Source: Octopus sinensis (lineage: Eukaryota). Taken from it: 64,000 bases of DNA. The stretch covers positions 26,288,001 to 26,352,000 of the forward strand of contig NC_043009.1 of NCBI RefSeq assembly GCF_006345805.1, read 5' to 3'. The translations under genes and the position numbers were made by a program. The notes below the pieces were generated by a model. The model ran no database searches and was not told where the DNA came from. It worked only from the letters and a program-made list of their open reading frames with translations. Each line of letters starts with the position of its first letter. Position 1 is the first letter of the stretch. Positions 13,162 through 26,956 of the stretch are shown piece after piece.

Positions 13162-14129
13162 TGTACACACGTATATATATTTATATATGCATGTGTATAT
13201 ACATGTAGATGTAGGTACGTACATATATGTTTGTATGTATGTTTGTATGTATGCATATATTTTATTTATTACACAATTGTATGACTGAGCGCCTTCGCGT
13301 CGATTCGATTCGATTCGTTTGGTTTCGTTTCGTTTCTTCTTCTTCTACTCTAAGCTGGTTTTTATATATAATTATGACGCGAAACCCTATAACTCCTTCT
13401 TCTCTCTTTCTTTCACCCTCCTTTGCTTCCTTCCTCCCTATCTCTCTCTCTCTCTCACTCCTCCTCATCTCTCTCACAGCCGGGTCTACGAACTTCCTTT
13501 CGCTGGTGGCCTTATTCAAGTAAACATATTTCTTCCTGCGCTCGTGAAAACATTTTTTCCTCGTCTAGGCTTATAGGCCCTCTTTATTTGTTTTCCTGTC
13601 CTGTTTCCATTTCCTTCTTGTACTGTATTTTTTGTAATTGTATTTTTATTTTGTATTTGTTTTTAATTGTATTGTTTTTACGTCCTGTTTTTGTCACTTT
13701 TTTTCCTTGTTTTTACCCCTCTGCAAAGGAATTTTATTTAATTCTTTCGCAGGAAGGACTAGTTCGACGAGACGTGTTCTGTCCTCACCTTCGAAACACG
13801 CTGGAGTTCAACTAGGGACAACTGATGAAGGGGATTTTTCTTTGTGTAGTTGTCTTGCACTTTGTTTTTTCGTTGTTAAAAAAATGGTCCGTTCCATGAT
13901 GTTTATACGTTTTCGTTTCTCGTTGAGTTCTACGTCTATTTGTGGTGTCCTGTACACACGTATATATATTTATATATGCATGTATATATACATGTAGATG
14001 TAGGTACGTACATATATGTTTGTATGTATGCATATATTTTATTTATTACACTATTGTATGATTGAGCGCCTTCGCGTCGATTCGATTCGATTCGTTTGGT
14101 TTCGTTTCTTCTTCTTCTCTAAGCTGGTT

Positions 14130-14137
<8 letters not shown>
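13162..14137 (+). repeat. ~200-bp direct repeats (13162-13370, 13951-14137) flanking a ~580-bp segment
   Basis: Both copies contain GTAGATGTAGGTACGTAC...GAGCGCCTTCGCGTCGATTCGATTCGATTCGTTTGGTTTCG...TAAGCTGGTTT. Confidence 0.9.
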
Positions 14138-14160
<23 letters not shown>

Positions 14161-14173
14161 TGATATATAAATG

Positions 14174-15012
14174 TACGAGGTCTGATCAATGAGTGTCCGG
14201 ACTGTTGCCATAGTAACGAAGCTAAAATATACAGAGTATAGCCGCTTGGCAGATATTGACCGTGAACTGTGCTACGCATGCGCACTAAGTTTTAACCCTC
14301 TACTTCACTTCCGCTGTTTACAGCAGTTCTTGGAAGGCTCGCGTGTAGCACATGATCGTCGCATTGACCATGACAAAGAAAATTGTTATGGCGATACTAT
14401 CTCAGATGTCTACACAAAGCTGCAGAAACTGTAGGGAGAGGAGTGTATGATCCGCATACAAGTGTGTAAGCCGCATACAAGTGTACGAGTGGTTCAGACG
14501 TTTCCAAGATGGCCGAAAATATGTCGATGTGAAACCCGTTACCTGCAGAACTGAGGAAAACATCATAGATGTGCGTGCAGCTGTGAGGGGAAATCGTCGA
14601 ATCAAAGTTCCGTGAGTTATCAGAGGATGTATAGATTAGTTACGGTTCAGTTCAGTCCATTATCACTGAAGATTTGGGTATTAGACGCGTGTCTGCCAAG
14701 TTTGTGCCCAAACCGTTCTCAGCTGACCCAAAACACACTCGGCTATCAGTTGCACAAGATCTCCTTGATTGTGTCCAGGACGATGACTTTTTCAAATCTT
14801 TGTGTAGGCCTGTGAGCAGGTATTGCGAAGCTTTTGGCAAAATTTGATGCAGATTCTCTGCTCGACATTCTCCGTCATGTTCAATGCGACGATCACACGC
14901 TACACATCTTCCTTCTTACAACGTTGCAGAGTCCAAGTTCGATCTGTGCCTAGCAGCTTCACTCTCCGTGCTTTAGCTTCAGTCCGAATACTTATATATA
15001 TGCAACCACGTA
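14174..15012 (+). mobile_element. Internally deleted mariner transposon (N-terminal transposase relic, TIRs, TA ends)
   Basis: TA|CGAGGTCTGATCAATGAGTGTCCGGACT...; degraded right TIR TTTAGCTTC-AGTCCGAATACTTAT...ACCACG|TA; translates QVYEWFRRFQDGR..., RTEENIIDVRAAV..NRRI..RELSED, EDLGIRRVSAKFVPK (HTH region plus WVPK-like motif). Confidence 0.85.
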
Positions 15013-15141
15013 TATATGTGTGTGTGTGTAGCTGTGCGTGTCTGTTTGTGTGTGGCTATATGTGTGCGTGCGTGTATGTGTGTGTATACATTTAATATAT
15101 ATATATATATTATGTATCTATGTGTGTGTGTGTGTTGAATG

Positions 15142-15176
<35 letters not shown>

Positions 15177-15205
15177 TCTATATATATATATATATACACA
15201 CACAA

Positions 15206-15237
<32 letters not shown>

Positions 15238-15715
15238 TCTCCCATCCACCCACAAGGATACACCTAGCTTTGCTAATCTAATACTTCTGAGTATATGCGA
15301 CTATGACTGTTGTTGAACAGACTGTAACTGACAAATTCTGTTGCGCAACAATAAATTAAGAGAGATTTGGCGAGATGCTAAGGCATAAAGAAAATTCTAT
15401 TAGTCTAAAAGAGGAACCACATAAATAGAGTTAGGAAAACACAGTTAAAGAGGGTTAAATGAGGAGGAGATAAAGAAAATATCGGGTGAGAGAAGAGGAC
15501 CGGGTAGAATGAGGGTGTAACAGTATGTGATAAAGGCTGTTCAGAGTTACAAAAGACCAGAGAGATAGAAATAAACTTTGTTCAAAGCATGATTTCCTTT
15601 ATTACAATCGGTCGGTTCTTTGATGCATGGAACTTCGTTAATAAAATATGATATTGTTTATAATCATTTATTGTCGATCGAAGTTTCTCGCTCTTTTCCC
15701 CTTCAAATGGTCTGT

Positions 15716-15765
<50 letters not shown>

Positions 15766-16196
15766 CACACACACACACATATATATATTCTTATTTTGAC
15801 ATATCCATATATTTTGATATGTTTGTATTTATATATATATATGCATGTATGTAGCTATATATGTTATGTGTGTGTATACACTCACAGAGAGAGAGAGAAA
15901 GGGAAGGAGATTCATGCATATACATACTATCAATTTATGTGTTTCTACATGTTATGTGGTTGGAATTGGAAAGACAGAGTACGGAAGTGAATCAATCAAA
16001 CCCCTATCGATTGCATATCGTGGTTCAAACTTTACCTATATACTGGGCTTACAATTTAAATGTGGGGGGCGTTTCAATTCATCTTTTACTGCGAAGACAG
16101 AAGTTACGTGACTTTAGCTCATGTCTTTGATCAAGCTAGTATCATCTGTAATTGGTTCCTAGACACATGTAAAGCATCGGTTTGACGCATATCACC

Positions 16197-16256
<60 letters not shown>

Positions 16257-17521
16257 ATATATATACATACATACAGATACATACGTGTACACATACGTAC
16301 ATAGATATAGATACATTCACACACAACACACACACACACAACCATAAATATATATACATTAATTAATGGAAAGAGAAAATATCAACGGGTGTCACTTGTT
16401 TTCAAATGCAAATATTGAACTTAGTTGCTAACCTACATAACTGTTCGCACACGTATTATTTAATGCGAAATATTAGTAATTTGTAACCGAAAGACCGTTT
16501 AGTTAATTTTCTTCAATGAAAATTGGTTTTGGATACACAGACTTGCACTTGTGTATGTTTCAGTTTGTGCTTGTCTCCCGCTAACACTAGGAAATTGGTG
16601 TTGGTTTAGCAAAAGGTTCCGATAGAATAAGTACCAGATTTAAAAAGAATAAGTATTTTGGGTGTCACTTTGTTCGATTGACATTCTTCAAGAAGGTGCT
16701 GCAGCTTGGTCGAAGTCCAATGACTGAAATATGCAAAAGGTATATATAAGCACGTTTGTGTGTTTCAAGATATATATTGTTCAGGGGCGTGCCACCTAGG
16801 CAAGCAAGGTAGGCAGTTTCTACCTTGAATAAAATAGATCAATTGCTAATGCAAGAAAATTATGAAGAGTACTCTGATTACTATGTATGAAATGCAAAGT
16901 ATTTTATTTTTTTGTATATTAGGTAGGCATAATTCTCCCCTGCCTTTCAATCTCAGTATTAAAGCTACGCATAATACTGCTGTAGTACATATGCTGCATA
17001 CATTCCTACAACAACATTTTCTTTACATATTATAAAGGCTGAAGTAAATCTGCCTTCAACTCAGTCACGTGCCTGTGTTTCGCTTATTTTTATGCGTTTT
17101 ACTACATAAATGTCGCCAACTGACCACCCTGAGTAATTACTGACGGCACATGCCTGATATTGTTCCCAACGATTGGAAGTCTGTTGATATTGTATCCCAG
17201 CTCAGCCCGGGTAAAATATACCTGGGACCAATAATGATCCAGATTTAACCGTCCCATTCTGCTTATGTCTAAAGACTACGTTGTACAATATGGCCTTCTC
17301 TGAAACGTTAGCTTGGTTGCTATTTCTACAAATATATTTATTTTCAATATTAACAAAAAGGGAGACTGTTTGCTAAAAATAAAACATACACAGCAAAAAC
17401 ACACTTACAATTATACACATATGTTAAATAGACTCGTAAATACACACATAGTGAAGTTGGCATGTATCTCCATACGTAGATACATACACACACACATACA
17501 TAGATGTGTATGTGTATATAA

Positions 17522-17570
<49 letters not shown>

Positions 17571-17614
17571 ACATATATATATAATGTATACATATATATA
17601 TATATATACATACA

Positions 17615-17650
<36 letters not shown>

Positions 17651-17778
17651 TGTACATATGTATACATAAACGCGCACATATATACACATGGATGTACGCT
17701 TGCACACACACAAACACAGCCACACACACACACACGTATATATATACACACACGCATATAGGTAATACATATATTTGT

Positions 17779-17809
<31 letters not shown>

Positions 17810-18248
17810 CGTGCGTGCATGCGTGGTGCGTGTGTGTGTGTTTATATGAATATAGGACACGTATTCTTCACGGCATATGTTGTACAAAAGTGATTTAGGA
17901 AATTATTTTGTCTTAATTTTTTCATCACATAATTTGTAGAAAACACAGCAACAATGGGAGGAACGAAGTAAGGTTTCCAGGATATACAACAATGTTAGCA
18001 ATCTTTTGAGAATTGGTGTTTATATCGATCCAAAATATGGCAGCATTTTATTTTTTTTCATTTTAATAACATGACATAATAGGAGAATACAAACTTCATT
18101 ATTGTCATATTCAGTAATGGAGAATAAGAAAACGCCATTTTATTGTCGACATACAGACATACGTTAATCGTGTAACACATGATGTACACGTAAGCATGAA
18201 CACACCGGGAACATGCATATGGTTGTAATACGAATATTATATATATAT

Positions 18249-18283
<35 letters not shown>

Positions 18284-18403
18284 GAATATATATAAATATG
18301 TGTGTGTATATATGGATGTATATATGTATATATATATAAAGATTATATATGCATATATATGTGTATATATATACATGTACATATATATGTGTGTATATAT
18401 ACC

Positions 18404-18446
<43 letters not shown>

Positions 18447-18797
18447 ATATACATATGTACATACACACGCTCACACATTATATATATACATATATATGTA
18501 CGGATATGTACATAATTTATGCAGGCATACATATAACCATGCATACATACACACTTATATATATATATATATGCGTACTTATATCCAGGCATACATACAC
18601 ACACCTCAAACCAGAGTAGTGAATTCTCTGACCATCCGCTTCACTCCATTTTGATGATAGCGACTTCATGAAGACGTACGTATGAGCGTGAATATATACA
18701 TATGCTTTTATATGTGTGTGTATGTATGTGTATATATATGTATCTATGTATATATGTATAAATATATAAGCATCTATTACATATACATATATCTATA

Positions 18798-18843
<46 letters not shown>

Positions 18844-19324
18844 CATATATACATGTATGCATATATTTATGTATGCATATATATGTATTTGCGTGTGAGT
18901 GTGTGTGTATGTATATTTGCATGTGTGTATAAATATACATATGTATATGTGTGTATGTGTGAGTTTCTCCATTATGGAAGTAAGGACGTTTGTTTAAAAT
19001 GATTTTGAATGGCTGTACACATCTCTTATTTTCACGGGAATAATAACAAAAAAATTCAACCAGAAGTATTAACTTGCACAACAACCTCAACATCAGCAGC
19101 AAATCCGTCATCATCCTCCTCATCATCATCATCATTATCAGCAGCAGGAACAGCGGGAGTGGCAACAGCAACAGAACAAGATATTTACTGTCAATTTTAC
19201 ATCACATCTGAGAGCAACTTCCTGAAAACGCGAATAAAGCGAGCATCTTTACCGTTAATACTTGCACGCAATTGTAAATATACGCTTACATATATGCATA
19301 TGTAAATATACATATATGCACATG

Positions 19325-19384
<60 letters not shown>

Positions 19385-19425
19385 TTATATGTATATATAT
19401 ATATATATATTATATACACAATTAT

Positions 19426-19480
<55 letters not shown>

Positions 19481-19827
19481 CACCAACACACACATACCTC
19501 CAAATGCACAGTCATACACTCACACCACACACACATTCACACCACACACGCACATTTTCCAAAATGTGAAAAACCGGCAGTATGACTGATACATTGATAG
19601 ATACACATACATGTACACACACATACACACACACACACACACACATACACTCACACCAGTACACACACGCGCTCTTGGTTGCCACCTATGAATATACCTG
19701 AAGAATTGTAATACCGATCCATATGTTTGCTATTTTGCCAAACTGAGAAATCTTTTCGAAGCAGAGCAGAATAGCATCTTCTAAATTGACAATCAATCTG
19801 CAACTATAGATAGATAGATAGATGGAG

Positions 19828-19898
<71 letters not shown>

Positions 19899-20271
19899 AG
19901 ATAGATAGATAGGTAGGTAGGTAGGTAGGTAGGTAGGTAGGTAGGTAGATAGATATATAGATTAGTTGATGGATAGATAGATAGATAGATAGATAGATCG
20001 ATAGATAGATAGATAGATAGATAGATCGGCAGACAGACAGACAGACAGACAGATGGACGGGCGGATGGACGGACGGACGGACTGACAGACAGAGGGGAGA
20101 AAAGAAGAAGAGGAGGTTTGATCTCGTGACGGTATTTATAACATATCTGTTGAAACCGAAAGAACGTTGTCCTCGGCGGTACTTGAACTCAATGCACAAA
20201 GAACTGGATTGAACATCGCAAGGTATTCTATGCGACGCTCTAAAACTCTGCTATTCGGGGTACTTCTGTCA

Positions 20272-20323
<52 letters not shown>

Positions 20324-20942
20324 TTATGTAATAATCTCTCTCTCTCTCTCTCTCTCTTTATGTGTGTGTGTGCGTGCGTGTGTGCGTGCGTATGCTAATG
20401 TGTCAAGATCTCACAGCAAGAGTGTAGAATGGCAAAAGTAATCAACATTTGACACTTTCTCATTTCTTTAAACCCAATTTTAAAGTTTGAAATTCCGTCT
20501 ATGGAGTCAACAAAATCATTTTATTCTTACAACCACCACCACCACCACCACCATCGTCGTCGTCGTCGTCATCATCATCATCGTCATCGTCATTTTCATC
20601 GTCGTCGCCATCGTCATCATCGTTGTCATGCTGACCATCTCCTTATTACCATCCTCCTTACGTAATCAAACGATAATTAATTATAATGAAACTTTACTAA
20701 CGACGCGAGTCATTAATATTTCGTTAGTTACCGTTTTCATGTTAAACACATTCAAGTAATTCTTCTCCATTTATCTATCATATTTCATTCACAGAAAATA
20801 ATTATGTCCAGCTTCATCAACCAGAATTTATTGCCAAACCAATAAACTCTGATTTCTTTCAGACTTCCATGTTCTCTGATTCTATTTATTTAATTATATG
20901 TCTGCATTACCTGTCTATTTATCTTTCTATTCCTCTCTCTGT

Positions 20943-20953
20943 CAGACTGTCAA

Positions 20954-20991
<38 letters not shown>

Positions 20992-21047
20992 TCTCTCTCT
21001 CTCTCTCTATTTATCTATCTGTCTGTCACTCTATCTGTCTGACTCTG

Positions 21048-21118
<71 letters not shown>

Positions 21119-21131
21119 GTCTGTCTGTCTG

Positions 21132-21196
<65 letters not shown>

Positions 21197-21234
21197 GGCT
21201 ATCAAGCTATCTTTCTGCCTGTCTGATTGTCTGC

Positions 21235-21311
<77 letters not shown>

Positions 21312-21320
21312 CATCCATCC
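20943..21320. repeat. Compound (CT)n/(ATCT)n/(GTCT)n microsatellite
   Basis: Direct reading; it supplies the low-complexity first 141 codons of the 384-aa ORF. Confidence 0.95.
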
Positions 21321-22435
21321 AGGCCGAGGAAGGGCGAATGGCACCGCGAGTGTCGCGTTGCTCTCAAACAACTCTGCCGTCCCGGGTCGACCTTGAGTGA
21401 CTCCAACACAACCCAAGCATTATATAGGGGATTAGTGGAGGGGAGGTACGACGACGAGTTCGGGGCGAACCTGGACGTCGACGAGGAATACCTGACCCGG
21501 CTGTTCAGGACGACTTTCGGGCCAGGGCCCATGGACAACTTCCAGAGATCTCTGGCCTGGCAGTGCTACCAAGAAGCGCTACCCGTTCGGGGTAAGCTCT
21601 ACAGACACGGCTCGAGAAACACGGGGCCGCCCTGCCCGAGATGCGGGCAGAGCGACGAAACCGTTCTGCACGCAATTGTGCAGTGTCCAACAATTTCCGA
21701 CCTGTGGGCTTATGTCGAACAACTGCTGTCACATGTGGGACGAGTCGGTTTATCAGCCGAGTCTATCGTCAATATTGTCACGCCTCCTTCCTTCAAACGG
21801 GAAGGAAGAGCTATTTTCATCATCCTTGTGGCTATGGCGAAAGAATGTATCTGGTGGACGCGTCTGAAAGGATTGGAGACAAACACTTTCCTCTCTGGTC
21901 AATCTCTCATCAACTTCTTCAAGTATCACTTGAAAAGGAAAGTGAGAGTAGAGAGGCAAGTTTTGTCTTGCGAATGTTTTAAAAATAGATGGGTGAATGT
22001 AGCAAGGATGGCACGTCTGAATGACGAAGCCACCTTGAGCATAATCCTATGAACCCGGAAATTTAAAACAGAGGGTTACCCACTTGCAAACAAATGTGGT
22101 AACATGCAACAATATTGACCGAGGTTACCGTGGTCTTTTCTGTAGGCTTTTCTTCCCACGGATAAACCTTATCTGCTTCCCCCCTTATACCTTACATCAT
22201 GACACTGTGATACACGATCCCAATTGATCGTTTTTTTCCCTTTCTTTCCTTTTTTCTTTTTTTTCTTTTTTCTTTTTTTTTCATTTCTTTTCCCTTTTTC
22301 TTTTTTTTCTTCTTTCCCTTTTAGGATCCCTTTTGATCGAAAACATACCCCACTTTTTTCTTTTCCCAAAAAAGAAAAGCTCTACTTTGTAATCTGTCCC
22401 GTCTGTGTGCAACCCCGTGTGGCTAATAAAGAAAC
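21321..22435 (+). mobile_element. 5'-truncated L1/Tx1-clade LINE (zf-RVT C-terminus open for 243 aa, T-rich 3'UTR), 9-bp TSD CATCCATCC
   Basis: WQCYQEALPVRGKLYRH...CPRCGQSDETVLHAIVQCP (zinc-binding zf-RVT motif); stop at 22050-22052; ends AATAAAGAAA; CATCCATCC at 21312-21320 and 22435-22443. Confidence 0.9.
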
Positions 22436-22523
22436 ATCCATCCATCTATCTATCTGCCTATCAAGCTGTTTAAACACACACTCATATATACCTGTCTGTA
22501 CATTAAACTCTGTATTTGCATGT

Positions 22524-22571
<48 letters not shown>

Positions 22572-22641
22572 TATTGCGTGTGAGCGTGTGCATATGTATG
22601 CATATATATATAGTTATATATATAAATGTATATGCATATTA

Positions 22642-22708
<67 letters not shown>

Positions 22709-23494
22709 TGTGTATATATATATGTATGTATATATTTTTATATGTACCTACACACACACATATACATACACATACACTTATATGAGTCAGGTTTCTGTTA
22801 GAAGCGTGCAAAACTTTAAGTCGCATAGGCGCGAATCAAACCGTTTTAGATAAGCATAATATGATAATCTATGTACATCCTATTAAATGTTTTGAGTGCC
22901 ATTTCCTTTCGTTTATCCACTCACTCGTATACATGTATACCATATCACCAAAACTGAAGTCCTTAACCGCAGCAAAGATACCTAGCAGCGTCGTCTGCGC
23001 TGGCTCGGTCTTATCGCACGCCGGACGGGACGATCCCAAAAGACGTGCTGTGTTGGGAATTGGTCACCGGCACAAGGAAACAAGGATGACCTCATCTTCG
23101 TTTCAAAGATGTCTGCAAGAAAGATATGATGTCGCTTAATCTGGACGTCTGTATGTATTTATGTATGTACGTTTGTATGTATATATACATATGTGTGTGT
23201 ATATATTTATGTTTGTGTCTGTGTTTATCCCCCGACCACCACCATCGCTTAGCAACCGATGCTGGTGTGTTTATGTCCTCGTATCTTAGCAGTTCGGCAA
23301 AAGCAACCAATTTAATAAGTACTCGGCTTACAAAGAATAACTCCTGGGATCGATTTCTTCAACTTGAAGGCGGTGCCCCAGTATGGCCGCAGTAAAATGA
23401 CGGAAACAGGTAAATGAATAAAGTATATGTTATAGATAGATTGAAAGATAGGTAGATAGATTGATAGATAGTTAGAATTATAGGTCTACATTCA

Positions 23495-23532
<38 letters not shown>

Positions 23533-23939
23533 TATAACTATATATTTATGTCTATATATATATATATGTATGTGTGTGTGTATACATATATATGCACATG
23601 TAAATATATATGTACCCACACATACAGGACTAATGTCTACGTCTTTTGTCGTTTTAGCCAAACACATTTTTGTGTGTTTTTAGAGATAAGATGATAAAGG
23701 CAATAAATATGAATAAAATACTTGTCGATAATTTATTTCTATTTAATCTGATAAAATAGATTATCGACAGCAATAACAACAAACACAACTACAATAAACG
23801 TTTGAATAACATTGTTTAAAGTAACAGTAAAATGTTAGTTTTGTATGGCCGACCGCCACGTCTAGACAAACACAGAGCAAAATTGGTCGCGAGTAATTGC
23901 TTCAAGGTAGGTTGTGGCTTTTTTGTAATACTTTCCACT

Positions 23940-24310
23940 GCAGGCAGTAGTTGCAGCAGTAGTTGCAGCAGTAGCAACAGCAGCAGCAGCAGTAGCAGTA
24001 GTAGTAGTAGTAGTAGTAGTAGTAGTCACACAATCACTGGTAGTAGTAACCGTAGTATCCGTAGTATCAGAAGCACCTGTAGTAGTAGTAGTGGTGGTGG
24101 TGGTGGTGGTAGTGGTGGTTGTGTTGGTTGTAGTAGTGGTGGTTGTGGTAGTGGTAGTGGTGGTGGTGGTAGTGGTGCTTGTCGTGATGTTAATGGTGGT
24201 GGTAGCAAGGACAGTGATGGTGATGATGATAATGATAGAAGTATCCATGATCATCATCATCGTAATCATCATCATAATCATCATCATCATCATCATCATC
24301 ATCATTATCA
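23940..24310. repeat. Compound trinucleotide array (AGC/AGT/GGT/GAT/CAT)
   Basis: Direct reading. Confidence 0.9.
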
Positions 24311-25127
24311 GTAGTATGCGGTGGAAGTGGCGGGGTCACCAAGCGCTCGCGCACGCACGGGCGTGTGCAAATAGGAATATTGAAAGCTGTGGTGACCTTC
24401 GCTCTAATGTAATAAGAGTTTGATATGTTAATGACGAGCAAAGACAGATCTGCCAAATTCTTCGTTCTGCATTTCCAACATGCATTTAACACGTTTATTG
24501 TGAAGCGATATAGAATCGCAGCGAAACTGCAAGCGAAAGTTCACACAGCATGAAATTAATGGATATACACACATTTGGTGTTGTGCGCATATGCATTTAT
24601 ATTTCTCTATATGTGTGTGTATATGCATGTTTGCATTTAAAGTCGAGTTTATGCTTAATAGGAACTTTAATGGCATAATCTCACCGTTCTAGGAGGCCCT
24701 GCAAAGGGCACCGTTTGTATTACCTTTTATTCCAAACCCAGCAAGAATTAAGTGTAGAACATGTGCAAGTGATGTGCAACTTGGTTGCATCTGATTAGAT
24801 CAATTAGTATGTATGTATTCATGGATGTATGTATACATACATACATACACACACATACACACACACACATATATATATACATAAATATATTTATTTATAT
24901 ATATATATATATGGCGGGCGAGGTGTCTATAAGTGTATGTCTATGCATGTATCTGTTGCATGTAGGTATGCGTGTATGTATATGTGTGTATATGTGTGTA
25001 TGCATATATGCATGTATGGTTTCATGCTTGTATCCATGCATACATATGTGTGTGAACTTTGATTTTGCTCATTATCTAAGCACAAGTGCAGAAATTTTAA
25101 ATGAATCATGGTTTAGTCAATGCCATT

Positions 25128-25292
25128 GACCCCAGTTCTTAATCGACACTTTACGTTATCGACTTCGGCCTTATGAAAACCAAAGATGACTTTCGTAGGA
25201 CTGGAACTCAGAACTTACGACACCATAACAAATGGGGCAAGGCATTGCTTTCAACGCTCTAACGATTCTACAAGCTCGCTGCTTTCATATCT
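25128..25292 (-). mobile_element. SINE family A, degraded; a divergently oriented copy follows at ~25318-25478 (+)
   Basis: GACCCCAGT...TCGAC...GAACTCAGAAC...GCTCGCTGC on minus; GGGCCGACAGCAGAATCGTTAGCAC...TTCAAATTCCACCGACGTCGAC on plus. Confidence 0.65.
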
Positions 25293-25977
25293 GCATTTCG
25301 ATATTAGAGATTTCTAAAGTAGTGGGCCGACAGCAGAATCGTTAGCACATCGGGCAAAATGTCTTCGTCCGCCTTTGCGCTCCGATTTCAAATTCCACCG
25401 ACGTCGACATTGACTTTCAACTTTTTGATGTCAACAAAAACTAAGTACCAGCCAAGTACTGAGGCCGCTGTTTTCGAGGGTGGCGGTCGTTTGTGGGCTC
25501 TTCTCTGATATTTGATAGTCTGACGAATACCTGGCCTTCGGATATACAGTCTTGAACTGATATAACTTACGCAGATTAAAATTTTAAATATCTAAGACAA
25601 TTTCTCGTCACAAAGAAATCATCTGTGTTAGTGGAAATGTGTGTGCTTAAGAGAGAGACTGACACACAGAAGGAGAGACGGAGAGAGAGGAGAGGGAGAG
25701 AGAGAAAGACAGAGAATGTGTATGTGCTGGTGTTGGTTTCTCTGTTAGTGTTTCTGTGTGCGACTTAATACTGTGAGTGTTATGTGTACGCTTGTTGGTA
25801 AAAGCACCCGTGTCTTTCCGTAACTTAATTAACCAAGTACGTTTGGTGTTATTGAAATGAAAGCGGTACCTCTACAAAGTACAATCAAATTAACTCAATG
25901 GAAAATGTGTGATTTTAAAAATAAGCTACGATGAATTCTCCACTTGGGAAGTTGAATGCTTATTGTTGAGTGCTTTT

Positions 25978-26108
25978 TATCTTCTTCTTCTTCTTCTTCT
26001 TCTTCTTCTTCTTCTTCTTCTTCTTCTTCTTCTTCTTCTTCTTCTTCTTCTTTTCTTCTTTTTCTTCTTCTTCTTCTTCTTCTTCTTCTTCTTCTTCTTC
26101 TTCTCCTC

Positions 26109-26185
<77 letters not shown>

Positions 26186-26218
26186 CATTATTATTATCGT
26201 TGTTGTTGTTGTTGTTGC
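25978..26218. repeat. Compound (TCT)n-(TAT)n-(TGT)n microsatellite
   Basis: Direct reading. Confidence 0.95.
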
Positions 26219-26560
26219 TTTCAGATGAAAATTAAATGAACTTGATGCTCTTCGAAGACGAAAGAGATATGTGTGTGTGGACGAATGTTTGTATGTATAT
26301 ATATACGCATATATACACATACGCCAGTCTATATATATTAATATATATATATATAAACACACGCACACACACATATATATATGTAAGCATATAAAACCAT
26401 AATATAAATATATATGTATACACATTATATGGATATATATATACATACACGTTTATATACACATATATACACAGATACATGCACATATTTGTATATATAT
26501 AAATGAGCAAACACAGACACACAGACACAAATACACGCGCGTGCAAGCACACACATTCAT

Positions 26561-26597
<37 letters not shown>

Positions 26598-26879
26598 TGA
26601 CCAGTTTCATGAGTTGGTCAGCGCGGGGTTATACTAGAAAATACTTGCCCAAGATGCCCCGCAGAGGGAATGAACACGAAACGACGTGGTTGCAAATTCT
26701 TACCCACAAGAACATGCCTGCGTCTATATACACACATACATACCTGCATACATACATAAGTATATATGAGCATGTCTAGATATACAAGTATACGAATGAT
26801 GGATGAATGGATAGCTAGATACGTTCAAACACACTCACAATACATACATACCATACAAATATATATACACATGTATATA

Positions 26880-26956
<77 letters not shown>

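Noticed and set aside
16781-17068. Possible hAT-type MITE (CAGGGGCGTGCC ... CACGTGCCTG)
   Set aside because: Terminal complementarity is too weak and no TSD was found.
19009-19305. Ser/Thr/Ala-rich 98-aa ORF as a possible exon
   Set aside because: Built on CAT/CAG triplets, no convincing splice sites, no recognisable homology.
20898-22052. 384-aa ORF as a host gene
   Set aside because: The first 141 codons are (CT)n/(ATCT)n; the rest is a truncated LINE ORF2. The fusion is incidental.
23832-24314. 160-aa Ser/Gly/His-rich ORF
   Set aside because: Explained by a compound trinucleotide array in which stops are rare by composition.
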